This document shows positions 28,331 to 38,952 of a DNA stretch of 64,000 nucleotides, in pieces. Source of the stretch: a virus (Duplodnaviria > Caudoviricetes). The notes under the pieces are model-generated. The model ran no database searches. It saw only the letters and a list, made by a program, of their open reading frames with translations, and was not told the origin of the DNA. Position numbers and translations under genes: made by a program. The DNA lies in the IMG/VR virus record IMGVR_UViG_3300010167_000010, positions 64,001 through 128,000 of that record, one strand, 5' to 3'. How positions within the stretch are numbered: position 1 is the first letter of the stretch; each line of letters opens with the position of its first letter.

Positions 28331-31300
28331 ATGCAATATAATGCTAGAGAATTTTTAACATCTGAATCTTATTCGTCTCCAGAAAATTATTCTAACTTAA
28401 GAGAAAGATATGACATATATACAAAATTTTCCAGAGCTCAATTTTTCTTAGCAAATCCTAGACAAAGAGGATTAGAAAATTTAAACTTTATAAATATATT
28501 AGAAAGTAAAAAAGTAGATGAAGAAGGTCGTATAGTTTCTATTCAACAAAAAATGGATGAAGATTTACAAAATGCTATTGAAGGTACTTTTAATGATGAT
28601 TTAACTGAAGAAGCAAATGAAATATTAGAAAAAATTGATAACGAAGCTAAAATAAAATTTTTACAATTATATTTTGATTCTTATATGGCGCCGAAAATGT
28701 CAGACATCCAATGGAGATTAGGTGCAGTAGTTAGGACAATGTTAGAAACTGATAGTACTGATGATTTAGGTCTTTTAATAAATGGCCAAATGTATACTAG
28801 ATCAAATTTTGCTATTCCTTTTTATAGAAGATTTTGGGGCGGGAATGATGTTTTAGATAAAAAAGAATTTTTTACATCAATGTATTTTCCGCCTTTTAAA
28901 GTTGGTCATGAAACTAAAATAGAGGAACGAACAACCTTTATGAAAGATATTAGAAAAGTTAATCCTAATGCAACTTTTGATCAAGATAATTTTCTAATAA
29001 AAAGAGAAGGTTTTTCTTTTAGAGAACCGGGTTTTAAAGGAATAAATGATTATATAACTTTTTTACAATGGTTAGCAGAAGGAACAACTGGAATAGTTTC
29101 TACGTTTTTAACTGAATGGGATTTATCTGTTTATATGCAAGAAAACTTATTGACAGCTGTTGAGAATGGCGGGCCAATGAAATTATTCTTAAATTATAGA
29201 GTTAGACATGATAACCCATTATCAAATGCAGAAGGAAAATATACTAATGATAGAGCTCTTGTATTTAACGTAGCTGCTTCCGCTGTATCTAAAATAGATT
29301 TCGATTGTCAAAAATTATGGAGACCTTCTGACCATCCATTATCAGCATTTTGGATGCCTTATGTCAAAGATAGAGATTGGCATATGAATAATTTTAAAGT
29401 AGAGAACGATGAATATGATATAGAAATTCCTTATATGGATATTTATGACAATACTAAAGCTGATTTTCCTTATGAAGCAAAATCTATGAGAGAAATCATG
29501 CGACAACAAGATTACATTGGTTCTATATTAGGAACGTTTCCTAATTTTAATTTAAAATATTTCCAAGCATTTTATTATACTGACAATGATTCTTTAACTG
29601 ATTTTGAAATAAAAGTACAAAGCTGGTTAAAGAGAGTAGCTGGTGCAGAACCAGGGGCAGCAGCACAAATGAAAAGAGGCTTAAATGATTTTATAGAAAA
29701 AGCTAGAGAAGAAATGCTTATAAATGGTGGTTATTGGGGATCACCAACTCCTCCAGGTTTATCAGGTGGTTATATGGGCCGCATGATGATGAAAGATGCT
29801 ATCGGTGGAGGTGGTGGAGGTCAAATGACTGGTGGTAAAATGAGAAGTGCTGCTAGTTCTGGAGCTGATAATGCATTAGAAGATCAAGAATTAAATCAAA
29901 TTGGTAATAATGATGTTGCAAAAGATTTTATGAATTCTGGATTAAGTAATAAAGCAGATGCATCAACTATGGCTAGACATATTGGAATAAATAGATTTAG
30001 TCCAGCATTATTTGGTGGTCCTCATGGTTCAGATTTTAGTCCAAATACTATTCAAGGTTATTTTCAAACAGATAGTAAAATTATGAGAAATATTCCTCGA
30101 TTATCTCCTAATAATTCTAATTATTTTCAATCAGAAGATATTGAAGATAAATTTACTGATTTAAATCAATTTTATGATGATGGTACTCGTCTCGGGGCTT
30201 CACCTAATACATCATTAGAAAAATTAACTAATGGTATTTTAAATTATACGATAGAATATGGTTTTTATCGAGCTAGAAGATCTACTTGGATTGAAGGTCA
30301 AATACAATTTAATCCGGCCACTAATCAATTTAATACTTATATATTCCCAACTAGAACACCTCAAGGTGAACAAATAACTTATTCTGGAAATTATAGATTT
30401 GCAACAAAAGTAATAACAAGAACAACTAATCCTTGGACAGCTAGAAATTGGTGGTATAATTATACTGCTTACATGAATATATTTAATGTTTCATATTTTT
30501 ATAGAAGAGGTTGGAGATTTTTCTTTGTAACTATTGTCAATTTAGTTTATAGAATAGGAACATATTATTTTACTGGAATAAATCCATTTAGAAAAGTTTT
30601 ATTTCATAGTATGCCAGATACTCCATGGACAATTACACATCATAGTTTTGAAAATTTTGATAATAATAATGCTCCTGGTAGCCCGTTTTGGAATTGGGTC
30701 AGAACAATTGCACCCACTTATGGTGTAAAAAATAATAAAGAATTTACTGATCGTATACGACATAAAAATGCTTTTATATTAAAGTTTTATGGTAATGAAG
30801 CTAAAGAAAAAGAATTTATGAATTATATGATTGGAATAAATCAGGGCCAAAATGCTTCAATTCCAGTTATATTTTGTGAAGGAAATGAAAATAATAGATT
30901 TACCCAAGGACCTGAAAGTATTTTTAAAGCCAATTGTACTGTTAGATCTTTTAGAAATGTTATACAAAACTTTATGATATTAAAATTATTATTTATTAGA
31001 ATAAGAATCAGATTACCTAATAAATTTGCTCATGTTCCTTATATAAGTGTAGATATGGCTTCTTGTGATTTTTTTGAAGATAGATTACAAGATGTACTTG
31101 TTACTAATAGATTTCATACCGGGCAAGATTTTCCAATGCATTTAAAATCTATAGCTATGGGTCAACGCGCTTCTTTTTATAGAGATCATCCAATACAAAA
31201 ATTTGCTAATAGATATTTTGATACAACTGTTTCATTTAAAGTTCAAAACGAAACTTCGATGAATATGTTAGGCTTATTAGTGGGTGCAATGTTGGGCGGA

Positions 31301-33133
31301 TTTGTTTTAATGTTTGCAGCTCTACTTTTAGCATTTAGGAATAGATCGGCAGCAGCTAGTAATGATATAAATTGGATATCAAGTGGACGAATGGGTTTAA
31401 GCGGTATTGGTATTTTATCTTCTGTTCAAGGAATAAACCCCAGTACTACAAATTTAGTTGCATCAGGAATAAACTATAATTTTAGAGATTATTTAGCAAT
31501 GCCAACCTTTGCTAGAGATGTTCCATTAGCTAATTTACCGTTTAAAACATTTACGTTTAGAGGACATTCATCTGGTGTTAGAGAAAATGATATTATGATT
31601 AGATGGTGGTCTAGAGGTGGAATGCCATCTTATATTGCTAGAGATATGGACGATGGTCTTAAAAAAGCTTTAGTTAAAATATATACTCGAGCTAAATTTT
31701 TTCCAGCTACTCGACAATCACAGCCAGCGGCATTTATTGGTATAGATATACCAATAAGAAATTTTTTATCTATAGTTTTAACTCAAGTATCTTTTTATAA
31801 TTTTGCTAAAGATTGTATTATTGATAGTATAGACTTTGAAACTTTATATAATTCTTTATTTAATTGTGTAGATAAAGCTGTAATAAAAGCTTGTGGAATG
31901 AAAGCAGATGGAACTAGAATAGATCCAGATAAATCTCATGTATTATATAATTTCTGGATAGATAAGGCTATACAATTATTTGGTAGAAAATCCCAATTTA
32001 CTTCAATTAAAAATAATTTAAGAACAGAAATAAATACAAAAATTACTAAGTTTAATTTTGTAATAGATAAATTAGCACCATTATGCCAGAAAAACTTAAC
32101 TGAATTAACTTTTAATGAAATATGTACTTGTTATAATTTAATTGATTCATTAAAAAATGAAACTAGAAAAGGTTTATTAGAAGATTTCTTATTCTCATAT
32201 TTGAATATATTATATTATTATCGTCTTTTCTTTGTAGCAAAACGATTTAATAAAGAAAATGGAACTATGTGGATAATGAGAGCATTAGAATCTGTTCTAG
32301 AATTTATTGTACCTTATGCATCAGAAGATAATCCACCTAAACCACCTTCTAAATTACAAAGAAGAAGACCAGCTTATAAAATAGCTTTTTATGAATTACA
32401 AAATACTACTGTCGTTAAACAAAATGCTTTATTAAATGATATGTTCTTAGAAGAAGATAGGGTAAAAATTTTATATGTAAAAGTTAAATGGGTTACAAAA
32501 AAGGAATATGATAAATGGATAAATTATATTGATTATCAAAATGATGAAATTGAAGTACCAGAAGTAATTAAAGTATATAGAAATGGTATAGAAAAATATG
32601 CTGAAAAACCAATAAATGGTTTATATCAATTTACTTCAGCTGAATATTTAGAAAATGATAAAAATAAAAAATGGAATGCTTTACACCCACAAGATAGACA
32701 AAGAGTAATTAATGATTTCGATTCTTGTGTTTTACAAATAAATTGGGGAGACTCACCAGATTTAACACCAATTAGATGGGATATTTTTGGTACTATAAAT
32801 GTAGATAATTTATTCGAATATTCGCGAGCATCTGTATCTCCACAAGAGCTTCTTTGTTTAATTGAAGAAGGTGCTGATTTTTGGACAATAAATATTCCTG
32901 AATCTTTATGGCCTCGTGTAGAAGGATATAGAACAAAATTAAAAATTAGATTATACGAAGAAATATTAGACGATATAAATATTAAAAATGATCCTTATAT
33001 TACATTATTAGGACCAATGGCTTATACAATGTACCCAATTACTAATAAACAAGAAAGACCTGTTCCAGGAGTTAGTGCTGAAGTACCAGAAATATATAGA
33101 CATATGAACTCTGGTGTTGATGGTTTTAATTAA
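28331..33133 (+). CDS. large (1600 aa) probable virion/baseplate protein
   Basis: Long ORF converging on the baseplate genes; Gly/Met-rich linker and one internal TM-like segment. Confidence 0.6.
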   Translation: MQYNAREFLTSESYSSPENYSNLRERYDIYTKFSRAQFFLANPRQRGLENLNFINILESKKVDEEGRIVSIQQKMDEDLQNAIEGTFNDDLTEEANEILEKIDNEAKIKFLQLYFDSYMAPKMSDIQWRLGAVVRTMLETDSTDDLGLLINGQMYTRSNFAIPFYRRFWGGNDVLDKKEFFTSMYFPPFKVGHETKIEERTTFMKDIRKVNPNATFDQDNFLIKREGFSFREPGFKGINDYITFLQWLAEGTTGIVSTFLTEWDLSVYMQENLLTAVENGGPMKLFLNYRVRHDNPLSNAEGKYTNDRALVFNVAASAVSKIDFDCQKLWRPSDHPLSAFWMPYVKDRDWHMNNFKVENDEYDIEIPYMDIYDNTKADFPYEAKSMREIMRQQDYIGSILGTFPNFNLKYFQAFYYTDNDSLTDFEIKVQSWLKRVAGAEPGAAAQMKRGLNDFIEKAREEMLINGGYWGSPTPPGLSGGYMGRMMMKDAIGGGGGGQMTGGKMRSAASSGADNALEDQELNQIGNNDVAKDFMNSGLSNKADASTMARHIGINRFSPALFGGPHGSDFSPNTIQGYFQTDSKIMRNIPRLSPNNSNYFQSEDIEDKFTDLNQFYDDGTRLGASPNTSLEKLTNGILNYTIEYGFYRARRSTWIEGQIQFNPATNQFNTYIFPTRTPQGEQITYSGNYRFATKVITRTTNPWTARNWWYNYTAYMNIFNVSYFYRRGWRFFFVTIVNLVYRIGTYYFTGINPFRKVLFHSMPDTPWTITHHSFENFDNNNAPGSPFWNWVRTIAPTYGVKNNKEFTDRIRHKNAFILKFYGNEAKEKEFMNYMIGINQGQNASIPVIFCEGNENNRFTQGPESIFKANCTVRSFRNVIQNFMILKLLFIRIRIRLPNKFAHVPYISVDMASCDFFEDRLQDVLVTNRFHTGQDFPMHLKSIAMGQRASFYRDHPIQKFANRYFDTTVSFKVQNETSMNMLGLLVGAMLGGFVLMFAALLLAFRNRSAAASNDINWISSGRMGLSGIGILSSVQGINPSTTNLVASGINYNFRDYLAMPTFARDVPLANLPFKTFTFRGHSSGVRENDIMIRWWSRGGMPSYIARDMDDGLKKALVKIYTRAKFFPATRQSQPAAFIGIDIPIRNFLSIVLTQVSFYNFAKDCIIDSIDFETLYNSLFNCVDKAVIKACGMKADGTRIDPDKSHVLYNFWIDKAIQLFGRKSQFTSIKNNLRTEINTKITKFNFVIDKLAPLCQKNLTELTFNEICTCYNLIDSLKNETRKGLLEDFLFSYLNILYYYRLFFVAKRFNKENGTMWIMRALESVLEFIVPYASEDNPPKPPSKLQRRRPAYKIAFYELQNTTVVKQNALLNDMFLEEDRVKILYVKVKWVTKKEYDKWINYIDYQNDEIEVPEVIKVYRNGIEKYAEKPINGLYQFTSAEYLENDKNKKWNALHPQDRQRVINDFDSCVLQINWGDSPDLTPIRWDIFGTINVDNLFEYSRASVSPQELLCLIEEGADFWTINIPESLWPRVEGYRTKLKIRLYEEILDDINIKNDPYITLLGPMAYTMYPITNKQERPVPGVSAEVPEIYRHMNSGVDGFN

Positions 33134-33930
33134 AGCCAGACATTAGAAGCTGGAATAACTGGAACACCATTATCTACTGAAGGAGAATTTCCAACACAAC
33201 CAGCAGCTTTCATTCCGTGATGTGCTAAAATTAAATTACGTGCATCAAATTCTATAGTTGGTGCATGAAAATCTATTTTATCTGGAGTCATAGTAATAGA
33301 ACTATGAGCTACTGCACCAACAGTTACTGGATTAGGTGGAGTACCAACTCTCATATATATTTTTTGTTGTTGAACTGTTATAATAGAACCAGAAGTATTT
33401 AATAAAACCCAATCTCCAGTTAAATAATTATAACATTGAATCATACCGCCCCTGTCTGACGCAACCCACTGTACAACTTGAATATGATTATAATCAAAAT
33501 CAGACGGTAATGCTCTTCTTTGTTGTAAAAAAGATTTAACATCTCTATAAGAATAACTGTCTTCATATTTAACAGTACTTTTTCCGAAAACATTAGCTTT
33601 AGCAACTATATAACCAACTTGTAAATCTGGAGTACAAATACACCAAACATATTCAGCATCATCACCGTCTACAACGTGGCTCTTTCCAGTAATAACTTGG
33701 CCTTTTACCCAGGGTGGATATTTAGGAAGATCTTCCATTTCTTCATCATCAATTCCCTGTAATTCTGGTAATACTTGAACTTGAAGCCTATCATCACCAG
33801 GACCTAAACATTTATATATTTTAGCTTTTCGGAAAACATATTCATCTGAAAATGTTAAAGCTTTTCTTTTATTCATATTTAATGGGTCATTATGGAATTC
33901 GTCTAAATGTAAATCTTGAAATATATTCAT
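33130..33930 (-). CDS. baseplate spike / gpV-gp5-like protein
   Basis: OB-fold-like N-terminus (DDRLQVQVLPEL...VWCI) followed by beta repeats (SGSIITV, SSITMTPDKIDF). Confidence 0.55.
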   Translation of the reverse strand: MNIFQDLHLDEFHNDPLNMNKRKALTFSDEYVFRKAKIYKCLGPGDDRLQVQVLPELQGIDDEEMEDLPKYPPWVKGQVITGKSHVVDGDDAEYVWCICTPDLQVGYIVAKANVFGKSTVKYEDSYSYRDVKSFLQQRRALPSDFDYNHIQVVQWVASDRGGMIQCYNYLTGDWVLLNTSGSIITVQQQKIYMRVGTPPNPVTVGAVAHSSITMTPDKIDFHAPTIEFDARNLILAHHGMKAAGCVGNSPSVDNGVPVIPASNVWL

Positions 33931-33938
33931 ATTATCTC

Positions 33939-35234
33939 CTAAGGTGACTCATAAAGTAGTGGTAACATTGAAAGTGAAGTACTGTCTTCATTTCCAACAA
34001 ACGATGGTCTAACTAAATAAGATTTGGTTAAAAACTTTTCAACATCTTCTGCATCAGTATAATGTTCAAAGCCAACATTTAACCATTTACCATCCATCCA
34101 ATGTACTTTACTTCTTTCATCTCTTTCATTATATTTAATTGGAGTTATATTTATTTCAGAAGTATCCCCAATAGATACTTTGTCTCCAATAAAGTTGGTA
34201 TAAACAGTTAAAAAGAATAAATTATCAGGCACCCTAGCTGCTTGAAATAATAATGGAATAACATCAAAAGCTTGTCTATTATAAATAATTTTAACAGAAG
34301 TTCCTTTAGTTTTCATCATTAACATATTATCTATTGGTAACATGTTACCAAATGAAGAACCAGACCTATTTCTTAATTTATTAGATAATTTTTTACTTCC
34401 ACTTAAAAAAGAACCATCTTCTAAATTTTCAAACAAGAAATATGGGTAAATTTCTTTTAATATATCTTCATTACCAATTTTTAAATGTAATTCTGAAACT
34501 GGGAAATGGTGTGTTCCAAAATTTATATTATTTTTTTCACATATTTCTTTAATTCTTTTTAAGTTTGTTTCTTCTGAAAGATGCTCTTCATTTTGAGTAT
34601 ATATTATTTTAGAGTTTTCACTGTATAAATTTCTAAAAGATTTAAGAAAAAATTCTCCTCTATCATTACAGAAAAAATGCGCGGGCATTTTATTTATTGT
34701 AGTATATGGTAATAATTTATTTTGTATAAAATCCCAATCAGTTTCACTAATTTTAAATCGACTTAATTTTCCATTATCGTCTGTTTCATCAAAATTATCA
34801 TCATCAGCTTCAAAAGCCATTCCCCTATCTTCATCTTTTAAAATCTTTTTTATAAGTTCAGCTATGTTCATTGGCTTATAAGCATGATTTTTTATATTTT
34901 TATATAAAAACCAAGCATGGCCAAACCATATTCTTATTGTACCGGCCAATCTGGAAGAATTAGCTGAAAAATCATTTTCAAGTTGAAGAATATAAAACGT
35001 TGGATATTTATGAGTTTCTTGATTATCTGCAAAATTAGCTAAAGTTATATCTATTGACGCACCTATTTGAAGATTTTCAAATCTAGCCATTATGTAACTG
35101 TAATGATCGTCTACAGTTATATATCCGTATGGAAGGCCTTCTTTAATAGAAGTATATAATTTAAAACCTAATAAATAAACTGGGTCAATTTCTGTTATTC
35201 GATTTAATATAACCGATATTGCACTACTTTGCAT
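33939..35234 (-). CDS. baseplate hub (gp27/GPD-like)
   Basis: ETDWDFI, F.K SF..L and GKW...FEH patterns; adjacent to the spike gene; class B motif at 35237-35245 (-). Confidence 0.55.
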   Translation of the reverse strand: MQSSAISVILNRITEIDPVYLLGFKLYTSIKEGLPYGYITVDDHYSYIMARFENLQIGASIDITLANFADNQETHKYPTFYILQLENDFSANSSRLAGTIRIWFGHAWFLYKNIKNHAYKPMNIAELIKKILKDEDRGMAFEADDDNFDETDDNGKLSRFKISETDWDFIQNKLLPYTTINKMPAHFFCNDRGEFFLKSFRNLYSENSKIIYTQNEEHLSEETNLKRIKEICEKNNINFGTHHFPVSELHLKIGNEDILKEIYPYFLFENLEDGSFLSGSKKLSNKLRNRSGSSFGNMLPIDNMLMMKTKGTSVKIIYNRQAFDVIPLLFQAARVPDNLFFLTVYTNFIGDKVSIGDTSEINITPIKYNERDERSKVHWMDGKWLNVGFEHYTDAEDVEKFLTKSYLVRPSFVGNEDSTSLSMLPLLYESP

Positions 35235-35239
35235 AATAA

Positions 35240-35542
35240 TTAGTTAGACGGAGGTTCTCCTAAAATTATCATACCAGCAGGAATAATATTAGGCGGTTCA
35301 TTACCAAATCTGTCAAAAACAAGAAAATTATCTTTCCCACCTATTTTAAATCTATAAACTATAGTTTCTTTTTCTGATTCTATTAAATTGAATACTATAT
35401 CTGGATATTGAGACATAACATAATTTAAAATTTCTGTTCTTTGTTCTTCATTGAAAGCATTCATTTTATTTACTTTCAAATAAATTTTCTTGAGTTCATT
35501 ATATTCTTTTTCTGTCAATCTTTTAGACAAATTTTCTATCAT
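35240..35542 (-). CDS. hypothetical protein
   Basis: 100-aa ORF; class A motif AGTTAATATA at 35548-35557 (-), 5 nt before ATG. Confidence 0.65.
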   Translation of the reverse strand: MIENLSKRLTEKEYNELKKIYLKVNKMNAFNEEQRTEILNYVMSQYPDIVFNLIESEKETIVYRFKIGGKDNFLVFDRFGNEPPNIIPAGMIILGEPPSN

Positions 35543-35551
35543 AATAATATA

Positions 35552-36472
35552 TTAACTATTATCCATATAAGTTTTTATTTTCTGAACAGTATTTTTGTTA
35601 AACAAGCCCTCAGTTAAACAGAGCTCTTTAGCATGCGCATCAGATTCAAAAATTCTTTTTATATAACTTAATTGAAACTTATGTTTACTAGATATTTCTT
35701 TATCAAAATCAATTTCTTTTAAGATTTTATTTATATTAGATATTCTCGAGTCTATGCCTTTACTATGTTTTATTATAGAAAAAGTTTCTTTATATATTTC
35801 TATAAGAGGAGTTAAAAGATAAATTATACTCATAATAAATATTGCAGTAAAACAAGTTACAATATTAAAAGCTACCAATAAGATAAAACATAATGGGTAA
35901 AGATTTATAATATCTACAACAATATTCTTTTTAACGTTTCTTTCTAAAATATCAAATATAAAATTTATAGAACAAGATAAAACTGCTGTTACTATAAAAA
36001 ATATTAAAAATCTGGTAGTAAATAAAGATTGCAACCCTAAAACAAAAAGTTTAATATATTCTTCATAATAAATTTCTTCTACTCTGTATATAAATAGAGA
36101 AAAATCTGATATTCCAAATAATAAAAGAAATGCAAATATTAAAGAATATACGATATATATTAAATTTTTTATCTTATAAGAAATTCTAGCAATATGATAA
36201 CCAAGTAGTCTCCCTTTTATAGTTATAGATAAAAATAAGTTATAATAGAAAACTATAAAAAAAATCAATAAAGAAGAAACACTACTAACTGTGAAAAATC
36301 TAATTAGAAATATAATTAGAAATATATTAAAAATATAACTAAACACAATATAAGGAACACGCAAATCAGCACCATCTGTTAAAAATCTATTAGAGATACT
36401 GACTAATTGTATTCCGTTACTTACAACTATACTTATAAGTAAAAATATAACAAAAATTTGCTCTATAAACAT
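35552..36472 (-). CDS. multi-pass membrane protein
   Basis: About 6-7 TM segments plus a soluble C-terminal tail. Confidence 0.7.
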   Translation of the reverse strand: MFIEQIFVIFLLISIVVSNGIQLVSISNRFLTDGADLRVPYIVFSYIFNIFLIIFLIRFFTVSSVSSLLIFFIVFYYNLFLSITIKGRLLGYHIARISYKIKNLIYIVYSLIFAFLLLFGISDFSLFIYRVEEIYYEEYIKLFVLGLQSLFTTRFLIFFIVTAVLSCSINFIFDILERNVKKNIVVDIINLYPLCFILLVAFNIVTCFTAIFIMSIIYLLTPLIEIYKETFSIIKHSKGIDSRISNINKILKEIDFDKEISSKHKFQLSYIKRIFESDAHAKELCLTEGLFNKNTVQKIKTYMDNS

Positions 36473-37203
36473 CTAATATTCCTTTTATTTATTGTGGGTT
36501 TTTCCACACTATAACGACCCTTATCTATTACAATATTTTTTATTAAAAGAATTGTAAATAATAACTTACTTAAAAATATTATAAATAAATAAGTATCTAT
36601 AAGATTTCCTGATAAGAATGACACAAAAGATAAAACAAAATAAAATATAAACGAAAAGTATAAAATTTTTATAGAATTAGACAAAATTTTACTATTTCTT
36701 AATAAAGTTATTAAGAATAAAATTATATTTACTAGTGGAAATATAATAAATAAATTAAATAATGGATGATATTGGACAAATATATTTAAAAAAGACATTT
36801 CATGTAGATTAGTATTATATGAAGGAATCATTACGATTATTAAACACATTATAATTAAAACTATATAATTACTTATTATTGTAAAAAAGAAGAAAAATCT
36901 TTTATAGTAAGCATTTAAAAATAGCTTATAAAATTTTGAAAAGAATAATGACATATATGAAAAAGAAATTACAAATAAGTATATAATTATTATTTCATAA
37001 TGTAAAATATTGATATGATTACTTAACGGTTCATATAACAATAACATTAGATATACCATTAAGTATTTGACACAAGCTATTATTAGCCAATTAAACTGGA
37101 TAGATATGAATTTTTCTTTTACTATCAAGCGAAGAGAGTATACTATAATAAATATTTTAGCCAGTATTAAAACTAACAATATTATTATATTTAATGTAGT
37201 CAT
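36463..37203 (-). CDS. 7TM-like membrane protein
   Basis: About 7 hydrophobic segments; I/L/F/Y rich. Confidence 0.7.
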   Translation of the reverse strand: MTTLNIIILLVLILAKIFIIVYSLRLIVKEKFISIQFNWLIIACVKYLMVYLMLLLYEPLSNHINILHYEIIIIYLFVISFSYMSLFFSKFYKLFLNAYYKRFFFFFTIISNYIVLIIMCLIIVMIPSYNTNLHEMSFLNIFVQYHPLFNLFIIFPLVNIILFLITLLRNSKILSNSIKILYFSFIFYFVLSFVSFLSGNLIDTYLFIIFLSKLLFTILLIKNIVIDKGRYSVEKPTINKRNIRCL

Positions 37204-37208
37204 AAAAG

Positions 37209-37988
37209 TTATTCTCCGTTTTTATCTTCATTTGCAGTACTATCGTTATTTACCAAACTATTTAATCTTTGCGTGATTTGTTCAGTTCTGTTTTTTGTTA
37301 ACTCCAATATTTTATTTTGTTGATCTTTAGATAATCGGATAAAGTTTTTAATAGCTTCATCAACAGTATCGCGAATTCTATTTGTTGCTGTATCAAATAA
37401 CTTATTTAATAGTTTAATATCAGAAATTAAAATATATTCTCTAATTTTTAATTTCATTGCCCTAATACAATCATCAGTAATAGCTTGAATTTCATTATTT
37501 ACTTCTAAATCCGTTCTGTCTAAAAATGATGACGACTCTTTAAGCATATTTAGTCTAGTAAATAATACTATACTAAAATCTCTATGTAAATATAATTCTA
37601 AAATGTGACCCATTTTTTGTAAAGAGTTTTCTGCTGTTTCTTCGTATACATTACCGAATTCTAAACATAAGTGCTCTATTGCTCTAGTTAAAGCTAATTG
37701 TTGAATATTTTTTAATTCTTGATTAATTCGAGAATTTAATTCTTCTTCCGACAGAATAAATTTTTCGTATTCATCACCAATTATTTTCTGTATTAGAAAT
37801 ATGTTCTTTTTATTATCTGCATTAACTACAACTTTAGCACTATCTAATTTGACAGGGCCTATTGCCCTTAATCTGGGAAAAACTTTCCAAATGAACCAAA
37901 TTATTAAAGCTATTAAAGAAAAGGCGATTACAAATAACAGAATAGTTCCATGGGTTGTAGATAATAATACTTCTAGTATTTCTTTCAT
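37209..37988 (-). CDS. single-TM coiled-coil protein (holin-like candidate)
   Basis: One N-terminal TM then a helical domain; AGGAG SD with a class B variant motif upstream. Confidence 0.55.
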   Translation of the reverse strand: MKEILEVLLSTTHGTILLFVIAFSLIALIIWFIWKVFPRLRAIGPVKLDSAKVVVNADNKKNIFLIQKIIGDEYEKFILSEEELNSRINQELKNIQQLALTRAIEHLCLEFGNVYEETAENSLQKMGHILELYLHRDFSIVLFTRLNMLKESSSFLDRTDLEVNNEIQAITDDCIRAMKLKIREYILISDIKLLNKLFDTATNRIRDTVDEAIKNFIRLSKDQQNKILELTKNRTEQITQRLNSLVNNDSTANEDKNGE

Positions 37989-38028
37989 TTTTAAAATCGT
38001 TCTCCTATTAATTTAGTCTTAAAAAATA

Positions 38029-38054
38029 AAAAACCCTCGCTAGGGAGGGTTTTT
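38029..38054 (-). terminator. intrinsic terminator (bidirectional-looking)
   Basis: AAAAACCCTC-GCTAGG-GAGGGTTTTT. Confidence 0.8.
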
Positions 38055-38079
38055 CTCATTAAATTATTTTTATTATAAT

Positions 38080-38952
38080 TTATGCTAATCTTCTAAATGA
38101 TATATCAAAAGTTCTGTTATTATTTATAAACATCATTACAGCTTCATATCTAACAGGTATTTCAGTTCCTAAATAATTTCTTAAAAGGTCAAATTTATAA
38201 ATTTCATGATTATTTGCTTCAGAGTTCATTATATTAAAGGCATTTATTGCATTTGCTGCAGTTCCATTTCCTGAAATTGCATTTAAGGTTGTACCTGAAG
38301 CAGCATAAGTTCCGCCGCCAGGTTCTCCTCCAATAAAACATCTTTGTTCCCACCCAGCATTCCCAGCTACAAATATTTCTTCCATAGTATAGCCTAATGG
38401 AGGAACTGAAGGTCTCCTAGAAGATGCTATAGTAATAGCATTGGGACTATTATTTCCACCCTGTCCTGGTCTAATTCTGTCCATCGTCATAGACATAGAC
38501 ATAATTCTAATTGGATTATCATTTAGAATTATAGGGGAAAAAATAATTCTATATCTACTACGTTCAGATGTTGAAGTTCCAATGGCTGAATCAGCCTGAC
38601 CTCTTATAATTATAAAAGACACAAGATTATCTAAATTAAAATAAACGTAAGATTCTCTTCTTCTATTATCAGTAATTGCAGTATTAGTAAATCTTCCAAA
38701 TACTCCTATAAAAGGATTATTAGTATTATTAGTTGAAGCATTAGTTCCTATACCTGCAGCTGTTTCAAAAGTAACTCTATAAGTTATTATATTATTTGAC
38801 GTATGTCTTAAAATAGCCCTCCCACCATTAATTTCTGGTAAATCAATATCTACCATACCTTGTATTTCTAAATCTCTTAAAGTTAAAACAGACTCTGGTA
38901 ATAAATTTCTTTCTATTGGTATTCTTATATCATCATATATTATTTTTGGCAT
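38080..38952 (-). CDS. tail fibre / receptor-binding-like protein
   Basis: Start moved to MPKIIYDDIRI (AGGAG SD); N-terminal YDDI and C-terminal RRL shared with the neighbour; beta-rich. Confidence 0.55.
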   Translation of the reverse strand: MPKIIYDDIRIPIERNLLPESVLTLRDLEIQGMVDIDLPEINGGRAILRHTSNNIITYRVTFETAAGIGTNASTNNTNNPFIGVFGRFTNTAITDNRRRESYVYFNLDNLVSFIIIRGQADSAIGTSTSERSRYRIIFSPIILNDNPIRIMSMSMTMDRIRPGQGGNNSPNAITIASSRRPSVPPLGYTMEEIFVAGNAGWEQRCFIGGEPGGGTYAASGTTLNAISGNGTAANAINAFNIMNSEANNHEIYKFDLLRNYLGTEIPVRYEAVMMFINNNRTFDISFRRLA

